Shown one piece after another: positions 13,086-25,693 of a stretch of 64,000 nucleotides of DNA; the first letter of the stretch is position 1; each line of letters begins with the position of its first letter. The notes beneath the pieces were generated by a model that saw nothing but the letters and a program-made list of their open reading frames with translations, searched no databases and had not been told where the DNA came from. Position numbers and translations under genes: made by a program. This DNA is from Camelus ferus (lineage: Eukaryota): contig NC_045696.1 in the NCBI RefSeq assembly GCF_009834535.1, positions 89,528,001 through 89,592,000 on the forward strand, given 5' to 3'.

Positions 13086-13445
13086 TTTTTTTTTTAAAAA
13101 AAGCTAAGCGAACATTTCCTACGTTTCCAAAGGAAAGTAAATTAACACCCCAAACTTGTCTCCTTTGTTTGAAATCTGTTGACTTAAAACTTAGAGCCAA
13201 TAGTTCTAAAGAGGAGGAAAAAATCGACTATCCAAGCTCTGTACTTTCAACAGGTTCTCCTAAACATTATAAAGTAACAGTTACAATTAAATAAAACTGT
13301 AATATGATTCAGCAGTGTTAAAGTTTCATTGGGTCTTATATAACAAGAAATTTTATTAGAACTCACCCCTACTACCAGCCCTTGGAATTAAACTGTCTTG
13401 GATAAGTGTGCAACAGATAAAAGAACTGAGGCCACAAATCCTGCA

Positions 13446-13468
13446 GTGTGTGTGTGTGTGTGTGTGTG
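13446..13468. repeat. (GT)11 microsatellite
   Basis: Seen directly. Confidence 0.97.
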
Positions 13469-14003
13469 AATGCATGTCTATGTTTACGTTTAAGGCAACC
13501 TGTACTTAAAGAGCCCCTCCCTTTTCATACTTTATAAATAATGAAAAATAAATCCTTATACATTTTCCCGAATCCAAATAACAAATCAACTTTTGACCTG
13601 CTTTGAAGATGAAAGAGAAAAGTAAATTCTAAGAAATGGAATGTCTAGAAAAATAAAGTGAAAAAGAGGAAGGTGTGCAAGTAAGGTATCTCTTATTTTT
13701 GTCCCTCTAAATGTTATTTTTTATATACAATATTATATATATATACACATACATATTTTTGTTAACAATTACTTTAAGCATTGAAGGGAGGTAAATGTCA
13801 CTCTGGTGTCAGTAAACAAGACCAACACTGCTTATGAGTCTTCCTCCCTGAGATCTCTCACTTCTAGACTCTTACCAAACCTCTCAGCAGCCACCCCCAC
13901 CTCAGCCTACTGCACCCCCAGCCATCCCCACTTCAGGTAAGTCATCTAACATCTTTGGGTCTCAGGCTTCTCACCTGTAAAATGAAGGGACTGGGTTAAG
14001 TGT

Positions 14004-14330
14004 GGGATGGAAAACTGGCAGCCCAAGGCCATGTTTTGAACCGTAGATCTGTTTCTTAGGCCCACGAAGTTACGTGTTTATCTAAAGCTATTTGCAATGC
14101 ATTTAATATTCAAGATGCGTCTCATAAAAGCCTGGGTCTTGGGCTTCTCCTGACGTACCAGAAGCCTGAGACTCTGTTCTGGAAAGTCAACGAGTCAGGA
14201 GTACGGAGGAACAGCTGCCATTTGTCCCTGGGACCCGCCCTCCAGTTCACCACGGCCTACTCCCACTTAACCCACTGCTTTCATTAATCACCTACATGGT
14301 CTCTGGAAGCGTCTGAGCTTGTCATCCTTG
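14004..14330 (-). mobile_element. MER102-like hAT-Charlie element
   Basis: GGGATGGAAAACTGGCAGCCCAAGGCC...CCCTCCAGTTCACCAC...GCTTTCATTAATCACC...CTGAGCTTGTCATCCTTG resembles reverse MER102. Confidence 0.6.
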
Positions 14331-16384
14331 GGACGGCATCCCTTCCATATTCACATTTTCAGTGTGATTATTTACTAGTGAAAGAGAGTTTTAATTTGGC
14401 TTCCAGGGCACAGGAATTTCTGAAGTGGTCTAACTCACGTGTCAGTGTAAGTACAACCATTGTACATTTGCTTTGTTGAGAGTTTCCATATGAAACACAA
14501 GAAAAATACATCCAGTAATGAAATGGCCATACCATAGTAGAGCTGGTATTCAGAAAAATTAAAAATTACTGCTGCCTAATGCTGTTCTTCTAGAAGGAGA
14601 TCTTACTTTGAGGGCTATTTGGGTCAGGCCGTGGGGCCACTGTAGGTTGGAAAACAACTCTAACAGGAGATCACTGGTTACATAATGTTAAGCATTCAAA
14701 AATAAAATCCCAGTGGTCTTCTCTTACTCCTTACGGAACCAATTTTAGAGTGGAAATAAAAAGGACAGAGTACTTAAGATGCTGCCCGTAATAAAATGTC
14801 AGACCAGGTCAAAATGGACCAAAATTATGTAGGATTGCACAAAGAAAAAAATTGTAATTTTCCTAAGTAACATAATTTTTAGCTACCGGTGCCATGAGGA
14901 GAAAAACAGGAGGCTAAGTTGGTTTTGAAACTATTTGAAAACATGTTATTTTTATAGGAGTGAAGATTGGGCTTTACGTTGTTTTCTAAGAAGATACTGT
15001 GCTAGGTTCCCAGAGGTCCAGACTCTTTTGATTTTAGAGAGAAATTCAACACGACTGTTTCTTTGGGTGGAGGAAGGGGGTACAAGATATTATGCTGCTG
15101 GATTCGAGATTAAAAATGCCCCAGCCTTTCGTAACACAACAGCTCTTCTGTTTTTATTTATTTTTTTAATGCTCTAACCTCAAATCTAAATTTACAACAC
15201 TGCTGGAGATCTCAGGAATTATGAGGAAATTACCTCATTCCCTTTAAACTTTTTTAGACAGCAGAGTTCTTTCCATATATGGCAAACCAAGAAGGAAAGA
15301 GAATCAAGTTACAGTGATTTAGTGCCAGGACTTACCTGCTCTTTGGTTTGGGGCAAGTCTACAACCTATTTGTGATCCACACCCCACATGAGGCCACAGC
15401 AAGCTGGCTGGGGAGAGTGGCTGCCTGGCCTCAGCTCTCCATCACCAAGTGGTCCATGAGGGAGCCTGGCCAGGGGCTCTGACCACCAGAGGTGTCCAGT
15501 GATAGATGAGCTACTTTCTTATGGGCTTTGAATTGGTTCTCTGCACAGGCAAGAGTCAAAGGGGAAACAGAGGCAGCCTGCAGATCAAGGTAGGGGGATC
15601 TCAGAGGACGAAGCAATGAGTGTGTGCTGCCACGGGGACAATGACATATTGGCCTGCCTGGCTTTCGTCCAGGAGTCACTGATAGAAAACTGTCTCCTAG
15701 AGGCCTGGCCGTGAGGCTGTAGAGGTGGTGTTCTCTCCTCTTCCTCAAGCATCTTGAAAACCAGCCCCATCCACCTGGGCAAACGGAGCATCACCTGGAA
15801 AAGCCCAGCTCGCACACTTCCTTGATAGAAGTTTTTTGTACCATTAAAAAAAACCAAAAAACAAAAAACTCTGTGAATAACTAACACATCTATTTCTACA
15901 AAGAAGAGTTTTGAATGCTCAATCATCTCTTTTAAGACATGGGTAATAAAACTCATGAATAGATGAATTTGCAGAAATCAGCTGCTGACAAATACATGGC
16001 TCCTTGCAATCCATAAACATCGAAGCTTTTTGGGGGGGGGTTACTATGCTAATATCCTCAGGAAGATTCACAATCACTTTCATAAACCATAAATATTAGG
16101 GAAAGACTGGGAAATGGAAGAAAAAAGAGAGAAAGATGAACATGATATTGCTAATGATGGACATATCAAAAAGGTCATTCAATTACAAAGAAATACAAAA
16201 TATTTGGATGGAGATGCAGGGGTCTCAGTAAAATGTACAAATACATGTGGCAATTATTAGGAAATCTGATAGACAAAACTAGACCGAAGAAAATTGGTAA
16301 CATTTTCACTGCCAGTAAGCTTTGCTTTAAGTATAACATCACATCAGTTAGACGTAACTAGAACATATTTTACAAGTACTTAAA

Positions 16385-16404
16385 AACAACAACAACAACA
16401 ACAA
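16385..16404. repeat. (AAC)n microsatellite
   Basis: Seen directly. Confidence 0.9.
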
Positions 16405-18067
16405 CCACCATCAACCTGGGGCTGAACAAGCACTGGTCAAGTTCATTCCTCTCACCTGGGCTCCTCCTAGTCTAAACCATCACCTTCTGAATCACATGCC
16501 CTTTATAGAAAAAAAAATACCACAAAAGTATGGAAAAAATGGGAATCATCTAAAATGACACAAATATTGAAAAATAGGTCAAGTGGAGGGAATAAAATTA
16601 GGTTAAATATATGCATGAGTAAAAACAGAGCGAGGCAAGTTACAGAGATTGATGACAGAACGTGCCTGACACAGTTATTTAACACGTATGTAAGGAAAAT
16701 TGCAGAATTATCCAAAAAAGTGGAACGGTAACCCAACCCAACCAAAACAAAGCAAACAAACAAGCCAAGAACATCTGGAACAACGAGGGCTCGTCTGGAT
16801 TTGATGAGACTTAGTAAGAGAAGGAGAGTGATTCTTACAGCCCTCCCGGACCTGACAAGAATGAGGGTTGACTCAGGTTTGCAGACTGAAATGGGAAGCT
16901 CAGAAACGTCTTTGAAGGAACATAACATCCCAAACACATCTCCCTTCCCTGACGTCTATTTTTCCATTCCTAGTTCTCATCCATATTCTAATGAAGCCAG
17001 ATGTCCTGGTGGAGATGATTTTATGGGCTGCTCCTGGACTCCACAAATACCTTTCTTTCTAGTCTTTTCTTGGTTTTGTTATTTTCCCATTTTAGGGGCT
17101 TATCATAAATGATTCCCTGAAAACTCTAGATAGAACAAAATCTGTTTCCACCTGTAGGGTGAGCCACACAGAGATCTCTCCTCTGTCTTTCTGAACCCAG
17201 GCATCACGTCACAGCCTAAGAGTCAGTGGACACATTTATGAATGGAAGTGACGTGCAGAGTGGGGAGCCTGGGCCCTCGCTGCTCCCTCCTCTGTCTCCT
17301 AGAGCTGGGGTGGCTCCGTGCACAGCCCTCCAGCGCAGTCAGCCCTGACCCCGCGAGAGGAGAGGATGGGTGTCACCCAGTGCTGGAAAGGAGGGTGCAC
17401 GGCCGGGAAAAAAAAGTGCTTACAGCTGGGAAAGGAGAAATGACAGGGGAAAAAAATTTGTTAACCCAGAGAGAGCCCTGTTCTGTTGGTGGGGATACAC
17501 ACATTGATAAGCAGAGGTCTGAATGGAACAAAGCAATTTTATAATTGCATAATGCCATGGGCTTAAGAAAAGAAAAAGAGAATTTTTTCTCTTTTTCACA
17601 GTAAAATGAAACTTTTCTAGGAAGGGATAAAAATTAGAATCTACTTCCTGTCTTGAAGCTCTTAAATGATGAGGCTGGATCTGTCCTCCAATTAAACTTT
17701 GCAAAGACTCTTTTGGAAGAAGGTAGCATTAGCTGCAGGGGGACAGAGTTCATTAAAAGTGGGAATTGTGGGTCAGGTGACTTGAGGCTGGGTCAGGCCT
17801 GGGCTGAGAAAGTTGGGTGAAGATGTTTAATCTCCACAAACCTGTTTCCTCCTTTGAAAATGGTGAGAGTTTGATGAGATGACCTCTCAGATCCTTTCTG
17901 TCTTGAAAATCCTATTACTTTTTTTTATTAAAAATGCTCAATTTCATAATTGACACTTGCCAGCTCTACAAAAGCTGTGCAAAATAATCTCCCAGTCACT
18001 GACAGTATAAGGTTATCTGTCCTAATAGCTCAAGGAACATAAAGCATTTGCAAAGTCCCTTTTTGTT

Positions 18068-18120
18068 AAAAACAAACAAACAAACAAAACCACAAAAACA
18101 AAACAAAACAAAAGAAAAAC
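18068..18120. repeat. (AAAC)n/(AAAAC)n simple repeat
   Basis: Seen directly. Confidence 0.85.
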
Positions 18121-20039
18121 CCTAGAACTGAATTCCAAAAGTGAGAAAACATAACCATTCATGTTTTCAGGGGCAAAGGCCCAGTAGTTAAAACAAATTC
18201 CTATTTTAAAATGCAAATATGATATCACAGAATTTAGAGAAGCTTTTAAGAAAAGACTTGGAATTACTATTATTAGCACTAATAAAGTTCATAGTGCAGC
18301 AGCTTTGAGCAAATTTTAAAACTAAACAGAAAGGTGGTACAAAATACATTAAACTGACCAGATAACAAGCATTCATCAAATGTCTATTCCTCAGGAAATG
18401 CCTGAGCTTGTAGAATGTATGTGTTTGAGGGGGAGGACGGATTTAAAATAGCTGGGTAGGTAAGAGACGTAGCCACAAAAAGATAATCAAGGATATTGGA
18501 CAATGTCACTGAGAGAGCCTGGAACCAGAAACTGACAGATGTTTTCTAAGTCTTGTTAGGGAGGAGCCTTTTAAAACCTAAGGATGAGGAAGTGGAACAC
18601 AAGAGGAGTAAGAAGTTCGGAAGGGAGGTTGCTCAGAGCTGAGATCTCAGATCAGGTCCAGCTTCCCAAAGAGCTGGAGCCCTGAATCAGAGCAGGCCTT
18701 GGGGAAGAGAGTGCTGGGCAGTTTGGTGGACAGTAGCATCGGACCTGCTGCAGAGCAAACGGCTTGTGCTGCGCCTTCCTGGGCATGAAGTCCCAAGGAT
18801 GCCAAGCAAAGGATCTGGAGTTGAAAGTGCAGGCTGAGTCTGAAAGGCATGGAGGAAGGTGATGTGATGTCGGTGGCGAGATGTTCAAACAGCTCGGCGA
18901 ATGTGTGATGAGAATATGTGCATCTGTTTTTCAGATCTGCACCTTGACAATTTTCCTTACGATGTTCTATTGGACCTTTATGTGTAAGACAATTGGTAGG
19001 CAGAGATTTCCTTTAATCCAACTACATTTTCAAAAGGCTCTTCCACAGTAGGATGAGCCATCTGATGGTAGCTGAATCACACACACACAGCCTCAGAACC
19101 TGTGGTTTAGTGGCAACCTAATGTTTTGGAAAACACAACCATATTTCTTTAAAATCTTGAGTACATGCTAATGGACAGAGCAGGCTTTGCAGCTCTTAAA
19201 CAGAAATCAACATAAATTAAAAAAGCCGACAATGATGGCAGTAAACATTTCAAGGTAAAGGTAGAGGCACAGAATACATTTAGCCCAGGTGATTTCTGGT
19301 TATGGTTAAAAAAAATTATTTTTAACACTATCATATTGTGCTCTAACTGGGATAAGTGGTAAGTGCAAACCACACAGAATGTTTTCACTGCTGTGTCTCC
19401 GGCTGATGAATCCCATAACTTATTAAACTTACAAACTTCACTAGAGTTTGCAGGAATAATAAAGCCTTCTTAATTCAGTCTATAAAAATGGGAATTCATG
19501 CAATTTAAACATAGCCCAAGTAACTAAGGAAACAAACTACTCAGCATTCGAGCCACTTTAGTAGTGTCATTGATGGAGAAAGAACAACTGGGCTGTAATT
19601 CTTACAGAATAATACATTCAAAATAACCTGTAATTAGTACCATTCTAGGAAGAAATGTAGGTAATTTAAAGTTTGTTACTAGTTAAATAGTACAAACAAA
19701 TAAAAAGACAAATTATTTTCAAGTACTTAGGAAGTAACTTCATCAGGAGAGTTTGCTTTCAATTAACATGTCAATTAAAATTATTCTTATCTTCTCATTA
19801 GAGAAGGAAAACGCACCTGTCACAGGCAGTAAAAAATAATAAAACTGCAATTACAATGTGTCAGGTCTACAACCAGAACTCTAATTTAAAAATGAGTTCT
19901 TTCCTTTTTTTGAACAATGGGTGTAATGACTTCAGTTGGATATAGGATGTAATCCCAGTACTTTCTCATTGTTTTCTTTTAAGAGAGACAGGAGCAGTCA
20001 TCCCAGACACCGAAAGAGAGATGTCCTGCAAGTCCCCAA

Positions 20040-20665
20040 GGACACAGATGGAATAGAGCAATTGGTGGGGGAGGAAGCTAACATCAAACGGTGCAGCTTC
20101 TTTGGAAAACAGCCAACTTCTTAAACAGTTAAACACACACCTCCCATTTGATCCAGCCATTCCACTCTTAGGTGTTTTTCCCAAGAGAAATGAATGAATA
20201 TGTCCATGCAAAGACTTGTATGTGAATGTTCATAGCATTTTTATTTTTAAGAGACAAAAACTAGAAACAACCCAAAAGTCCATCAACCAGGAAAAGAATA
20301 TATCCATAAAATGGAACTCTACTCAGCAATAAAAAGAAATGAGCTACTGACACAGATCAATCGCAAGATGATTATATGCTGAGTGAAAGATGCCAGACAA
20401 AAAATGAGTACATAATACATGATTCTATTCACATTAGTTTTAGAAAATGCAAGGGAACTTACAGTGATAGAAATAAGATCAGTGCTGGCCAAAGGGCAGA
20501 ATGGAAGGAATTACAAGGGACCCGAGGATACTTAGGGGGTGAGAGACAGGTTCATTATCTTGACTTTGGCGATGGTTTCACAGGCGAACACAATGTCAAA
20601 ACTCATCAGCTTGCACACTTTAAATGCGCAGTTAACTGTATATTAATTCTACCTCAATGGAGCTT
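20040..20665 (+). mobile_element. L1MB-type LINE, ORF2 end plus 3' UTR
   Basis: CTTTGGAAAACAG...GATCCAGCCATTCCACTCTTAGGTG...GAATGTTCATAGCA...ACTCAGCAATAAAAAGAAATGAGCTACTG...CAAAACTCATCAG...TACCTCAAT. Confidence 0.88.
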
Positions 20666-22049
20666 TTTTTCTTTTTTAAGGATCGAAAGGAGGGAGAAGT
20701 AGAAGGGAAAAAAAGGGGGCTAGTTTCCAGAGGCAGAATAGGCTAAACACAGAGGATCACAGACTCTGAAGGAAAGAAAACCTCATGGAGAGAACACTGA
20801 GAAAGAGAGGTGAAGCTATAGACCATTTAGGAAGAGGAGTACGTTGAGGCAGTGGGCATTTGGTGATGGAGAGGCAGAAGAATGATACTGTGACAAACTA
20901 AAACCCAGGAGAAGCAGGAGAAAGAGAAAGCTGACTGGTTGGGGCTGTGCTCAGAAGAGGGAAACAGGAAGAGAAGCTCCAGGTTTCCCTAAGGGACTGT
21001 CCACACCAGTTCTGGCAGAGTAGGATTTGAAGGATGACTGTGAACATACAGGGGCAGGGCTCATTTAACTTGCCACGTTGGTTCTAAATCTGACTCTGAG
21101 GCTGTGTGTGGCCCTTGAGCTTACCTGGGGCATTCACACACCCGAGATGTTGCAGGCCTGGGGAAGGACCATGAGAAACACAGGGACACCAGATAAGCAG
21201 GGGCCGACCAGCTGGAGGGGGAGCTTCTGGAAGGAGGTCTGGTTGTTGGGTGGAACCTCTTTCCCTCCCCATGAGAGTCAGGCATTGGTGCGGGCACAGT
21301 GGAGCTACTGGGAATGAGGCAGTGCAATAAAGTGACCTTGCTGCCCTCAAGGCTTTGTCATCAAGGTGAAGGGTTGGGGCATCAGAAGGGGGTTGGCCAC
21401 CCGAGGCGATGCAGGCTCTGAGGAGAGAGCAGGAAGTCAGGTCACCAGAGTCCTTCAAGACTCCCCAGGAACCTCCTGCTCTGACACCAGACAGTTCTCG
21501 GGAGCATCCAAGCTCACCCCACTCCGCTGCACCAACAGAGAGATTAGCTGCTTAAATTTTTCACAAAGTAAAGGTCAACCCTAGGTTTTAAATCCCACCT
21601 AAAATGTGTGTTTTAAAATTTGCCTCTAAATCTTTCCTGGATTAGAGGCAGCTGATTTTCAATACCTTTTTGAGAACTCAGTCCTTGTTTTGAGGGTATC
21701 GCTGCAGCCGAGAGGAAGGGAGGGGCACTGGACAGGGATGAGGAGGCCTGAATTCTGTCACTGCTTTGCTGGGCACAATCAACGTTATTCCGTTCAAACC
21801 AAGCCCTGTCTGTGAGAAGAGACTCATAAAGTCATGGGATTTTGATTGTTTCCTAGTTTACTTCTGTCGGTAACACTAAGGCAGTACAAGAGGGGACCTA
21901 TCATTAGGAAACACTTTAAATTATTTTAGGAAGGTGGGAGCTCTTTCCTTTCCTTTTATGTCAACTGATTTTAAGCATTAAAAGGGAAAAAGCTTGCCTG
22001 GCATCAGAAGAAAGAACAAGACCCCTTTCATAGTTTTCTTACTGGGATC

Positions 22050-22500
22050 TTTGGTAAATCACTTCACCTCTCTGGGCGTCAATTTTCTCAACTGTACAAT
22101 AAGGGGGTTGCCTTAGGTTTGGGCTGTTTGAGTCTTATAAACATTCATTCATTCATTCAATATTTGAGAACTGACTACTCCCCAGGCACCATCTCAGGCA
22201 CTAAATTACAGCAATTAAAAGACGCAGGAAAGACCCCTGCACTCCAGTTCGATTCTAGAGAGACCAAAAATGAAGGCAAACTGAACAAGATAATGTCAGG
22301 CAGTGATAAGCACTAAGAAAATATATGAGGAGTGCCTGGTTCGGGGGTGGAGCACCCTACTCTACATTAGGGAGGGTGGTCAGGGACAGCATCTCTGAGC
22401 AGGTGAGTTGGGTACAGTCTGGACTGATGAGGAGGAAGTAGCCACCGGATTGCACACAGAGGTAACGGCGTGGGCAAGTCATTAGATGGGAATCGCTTAC
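22050..22500. mobile_element. MIR fragment (~22050-22120) and L2 3' end on minus strand (~22140-22500)
   Basis: CACTTCACCTCTCTGGGCGTCAATTTTCTCAACTGTACAAT; then CATTCATTCATTCAATATTTGAG...CCAGGCACC. Confidence 0.65.
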
Positions 22501-24990
22501 TTGGTTTTCCTCATAAGTAAAAGAGATGTACCTCTGTTTTTCATTTTATATGCCTCCTCCCAGTAGTACATACTAATTTCATTTAAACGTTTTACACACA
22601 GCTCTTTAAGGAGGAGCAAAAATATTATGTGATTTGAGCAACTCCTTTAAGGCAGGCTTCCTCTTCTACATCAATTCCACCAAGGTCCTCATGGTTATAA
22701 ATTTTCCCACTTATTCCAGGCAGGAGTAAACAGGATTTAATCAGTGCTTTCCAAACTTTTATGACAGTGATCCACAGAGAGAAATAAATCTTAAACTGTG
22801 ACCCAGTATCTACATAAAACTGAAACAAAACTTCGTAAAGAACCAATCTTACTGTGACTACCTGCAACGTACTGTAGTACATTTTCTTTTATTTCATTTT
22901 TTAAAAAGTGTTAAAGTGATTTCACAGGGGACTTACAGTTTGAAAAACACTATTTGAAATCAATATCTGCTAGTAATTTTGTTTGACTACAAACCAAAAT
23001 ATGGAAAGATTCAATATTAAATAGCCTCAAAGGCCACCTCCCCCTCCCATTTTTTTCTGCACACATACTTGCTTTAAATCAATGGAACCCAAATTTTTGT
23101 GGCTTGCAATGGAAATGCCCAGAGGGGATACTTTCGGGAGAACTGGAGAAGGAGTGGGGAGGAACCCACATGTGCAAATGGTTCACCTGGTGAGGAGACA
23201 CCGCAGATTTCAAAAATTGCCCAGGAAGGAAAGATTCGGTTCTCACAGTAACAAGAAAGAAGAGGGGTGTGTGTGTTGGGGGAGGCAGGTCGGTTAGGTA
23301 AGCCATTAAATTGTAAGTTCCTAGAGAGGAGTCAGTCTGTATCCCTACCTCCCTCACAATAATTTGAGGCCCAACTGGACAGATGTGTAACTGCAGCGCT
23401 GAGAATCATACCTCGAATTTCGCACATAACACATGGGTCCTCAAGAACATTTCATTTAATAACTTTTGAATAATGGGGCTCATTGTCATCATTAAACCCT
23501 AACTTTGATACCCAATCATTACATTTTCCTGGAATGTATAAATGTCAGGCTGTAGTAAATGAAATTCGTTGATTTTCAAGTCACTGTTTAAGTCCAGGGA
23601 GCCTAATCGGGTATTTTTCTCAGCACTAAGAGGGAAAAGGCTGTTTTGAATTGCTAGGTACAGGAGAGAGTATTGGCTGTAATGGAAAGATTCCGAGTCT
23701 GCTAGTGGCCATAGTAAACAGCTGGGATTAAAACGAGTGTGTTAATTTCATAGGTAGTTTCTCAAGGGACACCAACCAGTGGGCTCTGTCAGCCAAGGAC
23801 TCTCTCTGATAGAAACCATGCCAATTTCTCTGTGAAACGCAGTTACTGTCCTTACCCCTGAAGTCAGAAGTGCACGCACCCAATTTCCAGTAGCCCTAGG
23901 GCCCTGGAGCCGAAAAATTACACCTGCAAGCTAGCATTCTCCCACACTGCCACACAGCTGCCACACACAGAAAGCAGCTCATTTAAACTGTGTGCCCTTC
24001 AGCCCCATTTAGGAATATCATTAATGATTTCAAACTACAACTGTTGTTTTATCTTAAAACAGTGATAAACAGGGGGGCTACAATCCTGATGCTTTTCTTG
24101 AACTAATTTATTTGCTGTCCTCTCAGGGGCTAAAAACATGTTGAGACAAGTGTGAACCAGCCAGAGCTTCTTACTACAGATGTAGCCCCCTTTCCTTCCC
24201 GCTCTCTTTTCCACTCTGGCACCCTTCCCTCTGTGGGTTTCCTGAACTGAGGCAGAAGCCTCCGGTAAGGAACTGCAAGTGGCTCCTTATCAAAATAAGG
24301 AGGGATTCACAGGAGAGGGAGTGAGTCAGGCGACAGAGGAAAGAGCCACTCCTTCATCCTAGCAGGTCAATTCACCCCGTTCCCTCAGGTCAACAATGGG
24401 TCGGGATTCAGAAAGGAAAAAAGTCTCCGAGGAGGGCGGTCAAGCCATTAAAATTCAGGAGCACCCGCTTAAATGCGGGAGGGAACAAACGCCGCTGCCG
24501 GTGCGGAGGTGTGGGCAGGCGAATGCTTGCTTTTGCGCAGGGACAGCCTATATATGGGAGCGACATCAGTGGCAACGAAGTGAGACCCACCACGGTTGAC
24601 AAAGCCACAACTATTACGACTTGAATTATCACCCGCAGGGCACCGGCTTCAGTGCCAAAATCTCCCCGCATTTATTTTCAGGCAAGTGACTCACAACCTC
24701 GTCTCCATAAGTAATTCCATTAAAATGAGTCGCCGGTTCCACTAACCTGACTTTCCGCTGCCCTCTGGCTGCCCCTCCCTCCTCTCCGCCCATCCTGCAA
24801 ACCCAGACAGCTCCGAGACTGAGCAACCGTACCCCAGGGGAGCAGAAGGCAGGCTCTCCGGCCCGACCCCCACCCTCGGGGCAGGATGAATGGGGCCGCA
24901 GGCGCGCGGGGGCGCGGGGAGGGCGCGTGCGGGCGGTGCGCGGGGTGTGTACGTGTGTGCGCGCGTGGGCACGCACCCCGGCCAACTTAC

Positions 24991-25686
24991 GGAGGTGGAG
25001 TTGGTCCTCGTCTGGCCCTGGTTCCGCACCTCCTGCTCCCGGAACTGCAGTCCAGCCAGATGCTTCTCCAGCGCCTCCCAGTCCATAGGGGGCACTGGGG
25101 GCTCCTCTGGGACGCAAGTCCCGCTGTCCGTGGGCTGAAGGCAGAGGCCTCCAGCGGCCGGGCCCCGACCGCCGCGCCGGCCCCCCGCCGGCTGGGGCTT
25201 CTGGACCGCCCGGCGGAGACCCCGAGAACCGCTCGGTCGGCCGGCCACCACCACGTTGCCATTGTGCCTGAGGTCCTGGGGGTCGTGCGGGTGGAGGTTG
25301 CCGTTGGGCACAGGGGGCGGCATGGCGGTGGTGGCGCCCCTGCCCCCGCCGCCGCCGCTTCGGGTCCTGGCGCTCACGTCCCCCGGCTCTCGGGCCGGAC
25401 AGCGGTCATCGCGGTACCCTCGCTCGTCGCGCTCGTNNNNNNNNNNNNNNNNNNNNNNNNNNNNNNNNNNNNNNNNNNNNNNNNNNNNNNNNNNNNNNNN
25501 NNNNNNNNNNNNNNNNNNNNNNNNNNNNNNNNNNNNNNNNNNNNNNNNNNNNNNNNNNNNNNNNNNNNNNNNNNNNNNNNNNNNNNNNNNNNNNNNNNNN
25601 NNNNNNNNNNNNNNNNNNNNNNNNNNNNNNNNNNNNNNNNNNNNNNNNNNNNNNNNNNNNNNNNNNNNNNNNNNNNNNNNNNNNNN
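24991..25686 (-). CDS. SCHIP1: Schwannomin-interacting protein 1, large internal coding exon (shared with IQCJ-SCHIP1). Visible part 24991-25436; 5' end inferred inside the N gap
   Basis: Minus strand translates to (D)[67 protein letters not shown]...[40 protein letters not shown], which I recognise as SCHIP1 (about human residues 105-253). It ends at a phase-0 consensus donor TCC|GTAAGT (GT at 24990-24989). The boundary at ~25686 is inferred from the recalled human exon length (232 codons), not seen. Confidence 0.95.
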
Positions 25687-25693
25687 NNNNNNN
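25437..25693. other. Assembly gap (257 N)
   Basis: Run of N from 25437 to 25693. Confidence 1.

Larger units (their letters stand above)
1..24990 (-). other. SCHIP1: SCHIP1 intron downstream of the large exon
   Basis: Follows the GTAAGT donor. The next expected exon (AQKNERESIRQKLALGSFF...) was not seen in 1-24990. Confidence 0.8.

Noticed and set aside
11019-13990. Identical 20-mer CTCACCTGTAAAATGAAGGG at 11019 and 13970
   Set aside because: Both are the conserved MIR core, so no local duplication is needed to explain it.
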